DNA of 32,000 nucleotides from Pseudomonas aeruginosa (GTDB lineage Bacteria; Pseudomonadota; Gammaproteobacteria; Pseudomonadales; Pseudomonadaceae): NCBI RefSeq assembly GCF_001457615.1, contig NZ_LN831024.1, positions 4,770,001 to 4,802,000 of the forward strand, read 5' to 3'. Shown piece by piece: positions 9,100 to 16,508 of this stretch (position 1 is its first letter; each line of letters starts with the position of its first letter). The notes under the pieces were generated by a model. It saw only the letters and a program-made list of their open reading frames with translations, ran no database searches and was not told where the DNA came from. The position numbers and the translations under genes were made by a program.

Positions 9100-9525
9100 C
9101 TAGCGTCCAGGCATGAGGCGAATCCGCAGTTCGATCGGCTGCGGCATGTGTTCCGGCGGCGGCAGGCGCAACGAACGGTCCATCAGCGCGCGCCGCAGTT
9201 CATTCTCGATCGGCTCGGCGTCGCTGCGCAGGCAGGCGAGACGGACGATCCAGCCGCGTTCGTCGAGCCAGACCCGCAGGTCGATGTCGGTATTCGGCAA
9301 CTGCCCCGCCGCGCGCCGCGACTCCAGGAAGGCCAGCAGCCGCGGCGCGGTTTCGGCGTCTTCGCCCAGGCGCTGCTGGACCTGCTCGCCGAGCCATGCG
9401 GCATAGGCGCCCCAGAGCCGCTGGCGTTCGTCGCGGAACCGCTCGGGCTCGCCGAACAGCCAGCTGCGCAGGTGCCGCCAGCGGCTCGCGCGCGGCCCAC
9501 GCCTGGCCTCCGGGATGCCGTCCAT
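9100..9525 (-). CDS. Small hypothetical protein (141 aa) with a TonB_C-like C-terminal segment
   Basis: This is the in-frame C-terminal 141 codons of track ORF 9100..10452; the remaining 309 codons overlap the PPIase gene and read as Arg/Gly/Pro junk. The ATG at 9525-9523 overlaps the PPIase stop (ATGA). The tail IDLRVWLDERGWIVRLACLRSDAEPIENELRRALMDRSLRLPPPEHMPQPIELRIRL resembles a TonB C-terminal domain pattern. No signal peptide or transmembrane segment was seen. Confidence 0.6.
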   Translation of the reverse strand: MDGIPEARRGPRASRWRHLRSWLFGEPERFRDERQRLWGAYAAWLGEQVQQRLGEDAETAPRLLAFLESRRAAGQLPNTDIDLRVWLDERGWIVRLACLRSDAEPIENELRRALMDRSLRLPPPEHMPQPIELRIRLMPGR

Positions 9526-10469
9526 CAGTGCAGTTCCGCCAGGGTCTTGCCGAGCAACGCGCCGTCGATGCTCAGGGTAGCGTTGTTCACCAGGCCATCC
9601 AGGTAGGCCTTGGCTATCTGCTCCTGGCGTTGCGCGCGCAGGCTTTCGCGCAGGCGACCACGGACCTCGTCGAGGGTGGCGAGGCGGGCGTCGCGACGCT
9701 CGGTCAGCTTGACCAGGTGGAAACCGTTGGCGCCCTGGATCGGCTCGGACACCGCGCCGACCTTTAGCCGTTCCAGCGCCGGACGGATCGCCGGCAGCAG
9801 TTGCGCCTGCGCCAGTAACCCACCGATGTCGCCGCCGTTGCGGGCGGTCTGCGGGTCGTCGGAATGCTTGCGCGCCAGTTCGGCGAAGTCGCCGTCCGCG
9901 GCCTGCCGGTAGAGTTCCTGAGCGCGCTTGCGCGCTTCGGCAAGCCCGCCGGCCGCAGAGGCGGCGATGAAGATCTGGCTGACCCGGTACAGCGCCGGTA
10001 CAGCCAGTTGCGCCTTGTTCGCCTGGTAGGCGGCCTGCAGTTCGGCATCGCTGGGGTAGTCCTCGGGCACCGTGCTCACCGACTCCAGGTAGGTACGCAG
10101 GACGATCTGCCGCGCCGCCGCATCGATCAGCGTCTTCACCTGCGGACGCTGTTGCCAGTCCTGGGCGCTGGCCTGTTCGTAGAGCGCCTTCTCGGCGAGC
10201 CGCGCACGCATCCAGCGTTCCAGTGCGTCGCGGTTCTCGCTCAACTGCGCGCGGGTTTCCGCCGGCACCTCGGCCAGCAGCGCCTTCAGTTCGTCCGGCG
10301 CCACCTGCAAGGCGCCGAGGCGGGCCACCGCGGGTTCCGCGGCGGCGCTGGCAGATGGCTTGGCAAGCGCGGCCTGGGCCTGGCCCGCGCCGCCGTCCTC
10401 GCGCTGGCCACAGCCGGCGAGAACGGCAAGCGCGAACGCCAGGACGCCGCAACGAAATGCCGGCCGCAT
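9525..10469 (-). CDS. Lipoprotein peptidyl-prolyl cis-trans isomerase, parvulin (PpiC/SurA-like) type
   Basis: Track ORF 9525..10505. The preferred start is the Met at 10469, giving MRPAFRCGVLAFALAVLAGC with a lipobox (LAGC); the alternatives are 10487 and 10505. The parvulin domain is FAELARKHSDDPQTARNGGDIGGLL...GAVSEPIQGANGFHLVKL, and the N-terminal helical region is SurA-N-like. It fits PA0699. Confidence 0.85.
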   Translation of the reverse strand: MRPAFRCGVLAFALAVLAGCGQREDGGAGQAQAALAKPSASAAAEPAVARLGALQVAPDELKALLAEVPAETRAQLSENRDALERWMRARLAEKALYEQASAQDWQQRPQVKTLIDAAARQIVLRTYLESVSTVPEDYPSDAELQAAYQANKAQLAVPALYRVSQIFIAASAAGGLAEARKRAQELYRQAADGDFAELARKHSDDPQTARNGGDIGGLLAQAQLLPAIRPALERLKVGAVSEPIQGANGFHLVKLTERRDARLATLDEVRGRLRESLRAQRQEQIAKAYLDGLVNNATLSIDGALLGKTLAELH

Positions 10470-10473
10470 CGGC

Positions 10474-10953
10474 TCAGGCCTCGCCATCGACGGGTTGACC
10501 GGCATCCTGCGCCATGCCCTGCTGCTCCGCGGCCAGGCGGCTGTAGTCGCGCAGATAGGCGATGAACTCCTGCAGCAGGCGATCCCACAGTTCGATATGG
10601 CTACGCAGGTTGGCCGGGCTGACGCCGCCGGCGACGATCACGTCCATTTCCATCACCAGGAACTCGCCCTGCTGCGACAGGCGGCCGAAGCGCCGGCTGA
10701 GATTCCAGCGCTCGGTCAGCCCGGCGGGCAATTCGCCCTGCACGCGCAGGGCGCAGCTGAAGGTGAAGTCGAGGTAGCTCGCCGGCGTCGCCGCCGGATT
10801 GCCGAAGCGCACCGCGTAGCCGATTCCCTGGCTGGCACTGAGCAGTTGCACGACGCCGTTCTGCTCGCTGCGGTTGACCCGGTAGCCGGCGTCCTGCAAG
10901 GCCTCGGTCAGGCTGTCGACGGAAAGGTGTTCGATCAGGGTGATGTCGTTCAT
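10474..10953 (-). CDS. YbjN-family (putative sensory-transduction / chaperone-like) cytoplasmic protein
   Basis: 159-aa ORF. The pattern LTEALQDAGYRV...GYAVRFGN...YLDFTFSCAL...LTERWNLSRRFGRL...EFLVMEMDVIVAGGVS matches my memory of the YbjN (PF10722-type) family. No signal peptide was seen. Confidence 0.65.
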   Translation of the reverse strand: MNDITLIEHLSVDSLTEALQDAGYRVNRSEQNGVVQLLSASQGIGYAVRFGNPAATPASYLDFTFSCALRVQGELPAGLTERWNLSRRFGRLSQQGEFLVMEMDVIVAGGVSPANLRSHIELWDRLLQEFIAYLRDYSRLAAEQQGMAQDAGQPVDGEA

Positions 10954-10981
10954 ATCCGGGTTCCTGGTTTGCTGTCGGATT

Positions 10982-11659
10982 TCACTGGGCGAGCGCCGCC
11001 TGGCGGTTCTCGACCTGGGTCTTGTAGAGGTCGTCGCCGAGCTTCTGCGCCATCTCTTCGAATTTCACCCGCGCACCGCTGGCGAACGGTTGGCGGATCT
11101 TCATCACCTCGGCGACGCTGACGTTCTCGTAGGCGCCGAGGATCTCCTTGGCCACGCCATACATCTCCCGATTCTTCGCGGTGCACTGCTGCAACTGCTG
11201 GTCGTGCTCGCGGAACGCCAGGTCGAGCTTCTGCCGCTCGGCCTCCTTGGCTCGCGCCATGACCAGCAACTCGTCGTAGGCCTGCTTGTACTTGCCCAGT
11301 TGCTCGTTGCTCGCCTCGACCATCTGCCGCGCCCGGTCGTGCAAGCCCTGTTGCTGGGCCGAGAGCTGCTCGGCCTGGCCCTTGGCCCGGGTCAGCTCGG
11401 CGCTCAGTTGCTTGACCTGGGCCAGCGCCGCATCGCGCTGGCTCTCCAGCGCAGCTTTCGCCGCGGCGGCCTGGGCCTGTTCGGTCTGCAGCACCTGGAG
11501 TTGCTGGGTGGTGCTGCGCAACTGGGTGCGCAGGCGTTCCTCCAGGCTGTCGGCGTAGGCCGCCTGGCTGGCGTAGGCGGCGAAGGCGGCCCCGGCGAGC
11601 AGCGCCTGGGCCCAGATCGGTAATGAGAAAGGTCGCGTGTTCATGGTCTGCCTCTTCAT
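10982..11659 (-). CDS. Periplasmic coiled-coil protein (DUF3450/TtpB-like by architecture), signal peptide
   Basis: This is the C-terminal part of track ORF 10982..12121. The start is at ATG 11659 (MKRQTMNTRPF...) or ATG 11644 (MNTRPFSLPIWAQALLAGAAFAAYASQAAYA-DS), each preceded by GAGG. The Sec signal is followed by about 150 aa of Gln/Ala/Glu/Leu-rich heptad-like sequence. Confidence 0.65.
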   Translation of the reverse strand: MKRQTMNTRPFSLPIWAQALLAGAAFAAYASQAAYADSLEERLRTQLRSTTQQLQVLQTEQAQAAAAKAALESQRDAALAQVKQLSAELTRAKGQAEQLSAQQQGLHDRARQMVEASNEQLGKYKQAYDELLVMARAKEAERQKLDLAFREHDQQLQQCTAKNREMYGVAKEILGAYENVSVAEVMKIRQPFASGARVKFEEMAQKLGDDLYKTQVENRQAALAQ

Positions 11660-11669
11660 GGTCTGCCTC
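11640..11669. repeat. Perfect 15-bp tandem direct repeat (TTCATGGTCTGCCTC x2)
   Basis: Bases 11640-11654 are identical to 11655-11669. On the minus strand each unit reads GAGGCAGACC-ATG-AA, i.e. an SD plus a start codon, and the two units are in frame with each other. Confidence 0.95.
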
Positions 11670-11678
11670 GAGGAGCGC

Positions 11679-13385
11679 TCAGAAGCGCGTGTTGACCTCG
11701 AGTTGCAGGACGTCGATGGAGAACGGTGCGCCGTAGACCTCGTCGGAGCTGAGCCAGCGCGCGGTACCGTAGACGCGCTTGTCGAAGCCATAGCTGGCGC
11801 CGAGGATGTAGCCCTTGGCGTTGGTCCCGCCAAGGTGGAAGGTGGAATCGTTGAAACCGTCCGGCAGGGCATCCGGCTGGATGTACTTGTAGGCGGCGAA
11901 GACCTGCCAGTCGCCGGCGTCGCGCATGTCCAGGGCGTTGCCCAGGGTGAACTGGAGCATCCAGGCGTTCGCCCCGCTCTTGATGTCGCCGTCGGAGCCG
12001 AGGTTGTTGGCGATCTGCGCCACACCGCCGGCGCGCTTGCGCATGTCGCCCTCGTCGTAGCCCAGGTTGTGCACGTAGTTGCCGGCCACCCGCAGCTTGA
12101 AGTCGTTGGGTAGCTCGGCATCCCAGCCGAGGTTCAGGTCGAGCAGATTGAACTCCGAGGCCAGGCCGACGTACTGCGGGTTCGGCGTGTTCGCCGGGTC
12201 GGCCGGGTTGGGCACGATGTCGCGCAGGAGGAACACCGTGTTGCCCTTCTGCATGAAGGTCGGACGGCTGCCGTCGGTGTCACACTCCGGATCTCCGGCC
12301 CAGGGCCGGCAAGGGCTGGAACGCCGCCCTTCGATATCGTCGAAGCGGTAGTAGGCCAGCGCGCCGGTAAGGCTGTGCTGCGGGTTGATCTTCCAGGTGG
12401 CGCCCAGTTGCGCGCCGTAGAGCCACTTGTTGTCGCTGTCTTCCTTGTCGAAGCCGTTCGACGAGGCGGTGTCCGAGCTGTATTCCACGGGGAACGCGCC
12501 GACCGTGCCGAACAGCGCGACATCGCGGCTCAGCGGCTGGTTGAAGATCGCCGCCACGCCGTCGAAGTTGAGGTCGTTGGAATACAGCAGGTCGGTGGAC
12601 AGGAACGGATTGGCGATCCGCCCGCCGGTCAGGCTCAGGCGCTCGCTGGGCTTCCAGGTCAGGTAGCCCTGGTCGAGCCAGAGGTCCTTCTTGCCGAAGC
12701 CGCCGCCGAGGGTCTGGGTGGTCGACACCGGGTTGTTGTCCGAACCAGTGCCGATGCGGATGCCGGCGCTCCAGCTTTCCGACAGCGCCGCCTTGAGGCC
12801 GAAGCGCGCGCGCAGGCGCAGCAGGCTGTCGCGGTCCTCGCGGGTATTGAGCAGCGGCGGCAGGCCCGCGCTGGTATTCGGGTTGACGTCATAGGGACCG
12901 TCGTCGTTGAGTTCGGCGAAGTCGGTGATCTGGTTGCTGTTGCCGTTGCCGAAGGAGCGCGACTCGTAGCGCAAGCGCACGTCGCCGTCGAAGCTGATGC
13001 GCGAGGCCCAGTCCGGGAATGCGTTGGGCTGCGCCCAATTCTCCGCCTTGGCCTGGGTCATTACCTCGGCCTTCACTTCGTCGCGGATCTGGTCGCGCAC
13101 CACCTGCGGGATATAGGGTACGCGGACCTCCCCGGGGACAGCGGCAACGGCCGCCGCGGGCGCCACGGCCTGGCGCGCCTGCTGGGCCTGCTGCGCCTCG
13201 GCCTCGGCCTGCCTGACCAGCGCATCGGCCTGTTCCTTCTTCAACACGCCCTGCTGTACCAGCAGGCGGATCAGGTTGATCGTGGCGTTCTCCGAGGGCG
13301 CCGGCGGCTGGGCCTGCGCCTGGCCGGCCAGCGCGGCGAGCATGACGCCCATCCCCAGCGCCAGTCGGTTCACTTTCGCGTTCAT
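11679..13385 (-). CDS. Outer-membrane beta-barrel protein, 'putative porin' type, with N-terminal helical extension
   Basis: Track ORF 11679..13412. The signal peptide fits best from the Met at 13385 (MNAKVNRLALGMGVMLAALAGQAQA-QP). Alternating amphipathic strands run throughout, and the terminus is ...LQLEVNTRF (C-terminal Phe, the OMP signature). Before the barrel lies about 90 aa of Ala/Gln-rich helix (LIRLLVQQGVLKKEQADALVRQAEAEAQQAQQARQ). Confidence 0.75.
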   Translation of the reverse strand: MNAKVNRLALGMGVMLAALAGQAQAQPPAPSENATINLIRLLVQQGVLKKEQADALVRQAEAEAQQAQQARQAVAPAAAVAAVPGEVRVPYIPQVVRDQIRDEVKAEVMTQAKAENWAQPNAFPDWASRISFDGDVRLRYESRSFGNGNSNQITDFAELNDDGPYDVNPNTSAGLPPLLNTREDRDSLLRLRARFGLKAALSESWSAGIRIGTGSDNNPVSTTQTLGGGFGKKDLWLDQGYLTWKPSERLSLTGGRIANPFLSTDLLYSNDLNFDGVAAIFNQPLSRDVALFGTVGAFPVEYSSDTASSNGFDKEDSDNKWLYGAQLGATWKINPQHSLTGALAYYRFDDIEGRRSSPCRPWAGDPECDTDGSRPTFMQKGNTVFLLRDIVPNPADPANTPNPQYVGLASEFNLLDLNLGWDAELPNDFKLRVAGNYVHNLGYDEGDMRKRAGGVAQIANNLGSDGDIKSGANAWMLQFTLGNALDMRDAGDWQVFAAYKYIQPDALPDGFNDSTFHLGGTNAKGYILGASYGFDKRVYGTARWLSSDEVYGAPFSIDVLQLEVNTRF

Positions 13386-13452
13386 CTGTGTACGGCTCCT
13401 AAGGTCCTTCAAGGCAGTCGCCTGCCGGAAATCGTTCTGGGTTGGCGTCTTC

Positions 13453-14199
13453 TCATCCCGGCCGCTTGCCCTGCAGGGCGATGCGCACCGGCAGGGTCAG
13501 CGAAGCCGGCGGGCGTTCTTCCAGGCGGCCGACGGCGCGCAGCGCGGCCAGCACCTTCTGGTCGGTCTCGGGGTCGCCGCTGGAGCGGGTCAGTTCGGCC
13601 CGGGTGATATCCCCCGAGGAACTCAGCCAGATCTCCGCCTGCAGGCGGAACGCCAGGTTGCGCAGCTCCGGGTTGTCCCGCAGCAGGCGCTGGAAGGCGT
13701 AGGCCAGGTACTGGCTATAGCTGGCGTTGCCGGCGCGACCGCTGCCGGAACCGGCCATCCCGCCGCCCTTGCCGGCGCCGATGTTGAAAGCGTCGGAGCC
13801 GGACTGGGCGTCGCCATCCATCTGCATCGGGTCGGCCAGGTCGTCGGCCGGCGACGGCGGCGCTTCCTCCTGCGGCTTGACCTCCTCCAGTTCGGGTTGC
13901 GGTTCCGGCTCGACGATCTTTTCCTCTTCCACCGGCTGCTCCGGTTCCGGCGGTTTTTCCGGCGGCGGCGGAGGCGGTGGCGGCAGCGGGATGATCGCCG
14001 GCACCTTGGGCGCCTCGCGGCGCACGCCGCTCATGTCGTTGGCCCACTCCCAGACCAGCCAGGCGAGGCCGGCGAACAGCAGCGCGCCGAGGCCCCACTT
14101 GAGGTAGCGCAGGGTCGGGTTCGCCGGGCGGCCGTCGATGGACAGCGGCGCGGCATTTTTCGGCTCGGGGGTGTGCTTGGGATCGGCGGACATGTTCAT
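13453..14199 (-). CDS. TonB-like energy-transducer protein
   Basis: 248-aa ORF with GAGG 7 nt upstream. It has one N-terminal transmembrane segment (LKWGLGALLFAGLAWLVWEW) and a Pro/Glu-rich rigid spacer (PLPPPPPPPPEKPPEPEQPVEEEKIVEPEPQPELEE). The C-terminal TonB_C-like segment is FRLQAEIWLSSSGDITRAELTRSSGDPETDQKVLAAL...PVRIAL. Confidence 0.75.
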   Translation of the reverse strand: MNMSADPKHTPEPKNAAPLSIDGRPANPTLRYLKWGLGALLFAGLAWLVWEWANDMSGVRREAPKVPAIIPLPPPPPPPPEKPPEPEQPVEEEKIVEPEPQPELEEVKPQEEAPPSPADDLADPMQMDGDAQSGSDAFNIGAGKGGGMAGSGSGRAGNASYSQYLAYAFQRLLRDNPELRNLAFRLQAEIWLSSSGDITRAELTRSSGDPETDQKVLAALRAVGRLEERPPASLTLPVRIALQGKRPG

Positions 14200-14207
14200 C
14201 CCGGGCC

Positions 14208-14627
14208 TCAGGTCGGTTTGCCGGTGACCAGGCCGACCTGGGACAGCTCCAGGCGGCGCAGCAGGTCGAGGACCTCGATGACCTTCTGGTACTGCACCGT
14301 GGCGTCGCCGCGGACCACTACCGGGAAGTCGGGGTTGAGGGCCTTCTCCGTACGCAGGCGGTCCTCCAGCTCGGGCAGGGTCACCGGGTAGGCGTCGAGG
14401 AACACCTGGCCGGCGTCGTTCACCGAGATCGCCTTGGTCTTGGGCTGCGACAGCGCCACGGTGGCACTGGCCTTCGGCAGGTTGATCTGGATCCCGGCGA
14501 CCTGGGCGGTGGCGGTGAGGATGAACATCACCAGCACCACCATCAGCACGTCCACCAGCGGGGTGATGTTGATGCTGTCGACGGCGCCGTCGTCGTCATC
14601 GTCGTGGCTGCTGTTCACGGAAGCCAT
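14208..14627 (-). CDS. exbD2: ExbD/TolR-family biopolymer transport protein
   Basis: This is the in-frame 139-aa tail of track ORF 14208..14867, with the ATG at 14627 lying 10 nt after the exbB stop. The ExbD signature is INITPLVDVLMVVLVMFILTA with the conserved transmembrane Asp, and it ends ...VVVRGDATVQYQKVIEVLDLL. The N-terminus carries a DDDDD run. Confidence 0.85.
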   Translation of the reverse strand: MASVNSSHDDDDDGAVDSINITPLVDVLMVVLVMFILTATAQVAGIQINLPKASATVALSQPKTKAISVNDAGQVFLDAYPVTLPELEDRLRTEKALNPDFPVVVRGDATVQYQKVIEVLDLLRRLELSQVGLVTGKPT

Positions 14628-14637
14628 GGCGTTCTCC

Positions 14638-16485
14638 TCAGGCCGGCAACGGCTGGCCGTTGCGACGATGGGCCACTTCGCTGAGCTGGCTTTCGCCATG
14701 CACCTCGGCGAGGCGGGTGACGAACTCGTCGACGAACACCCGCATGTCCGCGCTGACTTCCTTGTTCCGCGTGACCAGGCGGTTGTAGCCGAACAACGCG
14801 GGGATCGCGACGAACAGGCCCATGGCCGTGGCCAGCAGGGCGGCGGCCATGCCCGGGGCGATGGCATTGATGTTGACGTCGCCGGCCATGGCAGTGCCGA
14901 GGAACACCACCATGATCCCCAGCACGGTGCCGAGCAGGCCGATGTAGGGGCCGCCGGCGATGGCGTTGGACAGGCTCGACAGGCGCGAGCCGAGCTGCTG
15001 GTTCTCCTTGATGCGCACGCCGTCCATGGAGGCGCGGATCGCCTCGATGGTGGCCGCGGAGACGGAAGAGGTGTCGGCGCCCTGCTCGCGGCGGGTGCGG
15101 ATCTCCTTCACCGCCACCTGGTACAGGCGCCACAGCGAGGAGTGTTGCAGGCGGGCGGCCAGCTCGCGGTCGTCGGCGAGCAGTTCCAGGCGCGTGCCGA
15201 CCTCGGCGAAGCGCTCGCGGAACAGCCCGTTGGCGCGACTGACACGGCCGACGTTCTGGTTCTTGCGGTACATGATGACCCACGACTGGACCATCATCAG
15301 CGCCAGGATCGCGATGATCACCCAGGCATCCAGCGGCACTGCGTTGAGCAGGAAGCCGAGCTTGCCGAAGCCGAAGCCGGACTGCTTCTCGTCGACCCCG
15401 TAGGCCACCAGGCGCGACTCGGCGCCCTGGGCGGTGGCGTCGGCGAGGAGCAGCGCCGCCGGGCGGGCGATCTTCGACAGGCGCAACTCGTCGATGGCGC
15501 CCTGGAAGGGTTGCAGGGTCGGCGCCGCGGCGCTCGCCTCACCTTCCCCGCTTGCCGCTTCGGTGGCGACCGCAGGCGCGGCCTGGCCTTCCGCGCCGAT
15601 GGCGATCGCACCGCTGAACGCCGGCAGCGCCGCCGCCAGGCTGGCGACTTCGCGCCCCCCGAGATACAGCGCCAGCCGGGTACCGTCGGCGACCAGCGCC
15701 AGATGCTGCCATTGCCCCTGCGCCAGGGCCTGGCTGGCGGCAGCGCGCTGACCGTTCAGCTCGACGAAGGGCGCGCCCTGGGCCAGGCCGACCAACAGGG
15801 CGTTGCCGCCTTCGCGGCGCGACAGCAGGACCTGTTCACCGGCCAGTTGGTCGGGACGCACCCAGCCGCTGAAGCTGAAGGTGCCACCGGCGCTCACCGC
15901 CAGCGATGGGCTGGCCGGCAGCAGCAGCGGCTGGCCCAGCAGTTGCGCGGAGCGACCGATGACGCCCTCCACCGGACTGCCGGCGGCGGTCTGCGCATTG
16001 TTGGCGTAGGCGGTGGAGTCCCGCGGCGGAGTGCCCGGCGCACCGTCGAAGCGATAGACCAGGGTGTAGTCCGGGTCGAACACCGACTGGCCGTTGCCGC
16101 TCTCCGGCGCCTTGGCGTTGCCGTAGTACATCCAGATGTCCTGGCGCTGGCCACCCTCCACCCGCGGCACGTCGACCCAGATCAGGGCCATGCCCATCAG
16201 CGGGTCGAAGCTCTCGACCTGGTGGCGCAACACGGTCTTGTCGTCGGCGGCGACGAAGCGGATGTCCGAGCCGTTCTCGTTGACCCCGTCGAAGGTGAAG
16301 TTGCCGGTATGCAGGCGCACCAGCAACGGCAGGCGACCGAGACTCTCGTTGATCGCCGCGCCTTGCGGGGTGGTATCGACCGAGACCTGCTTGCGGTACT
16401 GCCAGTCGTCCTGCCACCAGGCACTGGCGCTGGCCGGGGCCAGCAGGCCCAGGCAGATCAGCGATGTCAGCAATAAGCGATACAT
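14638..16485 (-). CDS. exbB2: MotA/TolQ/ExbB proton-channel protein with about 360-aa N-terminal periplasmic DUF2341 + LamG-like domain
   Basis: 615-aa ORF. The signal peptide is MYRLLLTSLICLGLLAPASASA. 'WWQDDWQYRKQVSVDT' is the typical DUF2341 opening. A concanavalin/LamG-like block follows (FSFSGWVRPD...QWQHLALVADGTRLALYLGG). The C-terminal ExbB core is GPYIGLLGTVLGIMVVF...APGMAAALLATAMGLFVAIPALFGYN. Confidence 0.85.
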   Translation of the reverse strand: MYRLLLTSLICLGLLAPASASAWWQDDWQYRKQVSVDTTPQGAAINESLGRLPLLVRLHTGNFTFDGVNENGSDIRFVAADDKTVLRHQVESFDPLMGMALIWVDVPRVEGGQRQDIWMYYGNAKAPESGNGQSVFDPDYTLVYRFDGAPGTPPRDSTAYANNAQTAAGSPVEGVIGRSAQLLGQPLLLPASPSLAVSAGGTFSFSGWVRPDQLAGEQVLLSRREGGNALLVGLAQGAPFVELNGQRAAASQALAQGQWQHLALVADGTRLALYLGGREVASLAAALPAFSGAIAIGAEGQAAPAVATEAASGEGEASAAAPTLQPFQGAIDELRLSKIARPAALLLADATAQGAESRLVAYGVDEKQSGFGFGKLGFLLNAVPLDAWVIIAILALMMVQSWVIMYRKNQNVGRVSRANGLFRERFAEVGTRLELLADDRELAARLQHSSLWRLYQVAVKEIRTRREQGADTSSVSAATIEAIRASMDGVRIKENQQLGSRLSSLSNAIAGGPYIGLLGTVLGIMVVFLGTAMAGDVNINAIAPGMAAALLATAMGLFVAIPALFGYNRLVTRNKEVSADMRVFVDEFVTRLAEVHGESQLSEVAHRRNGQPLPA

Positions 16486-16508
16486 GTGGGGTTACTCCGG
16501 GGTCAGCG

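Noticed and set aside
9526-10452. N-terminal 309 codons of the 450-aa track ORF 9100..10452
   Set aside because: This part overlaps the well-supported parvulin PPIase gene in another frame and translates to Arg/Gly/Pro/Ala junk. Only the last 141 codons, starting at the ATG coupled to the PPIase stop, look like a gene.
11660-12121. N-terminal extension of track ORF 10982..12121 (379 aa), and the similar extension of 14208..14867 (219 aa)
   Set aside because: The extensions overlap the barrel gene and exbB2 respectively in other frames and are Thr/Ser/Pro/Arg-rich. Internal ATGs with SDs give proper signal-peptide (11659/11644) and ExbD (14627) N-termini.
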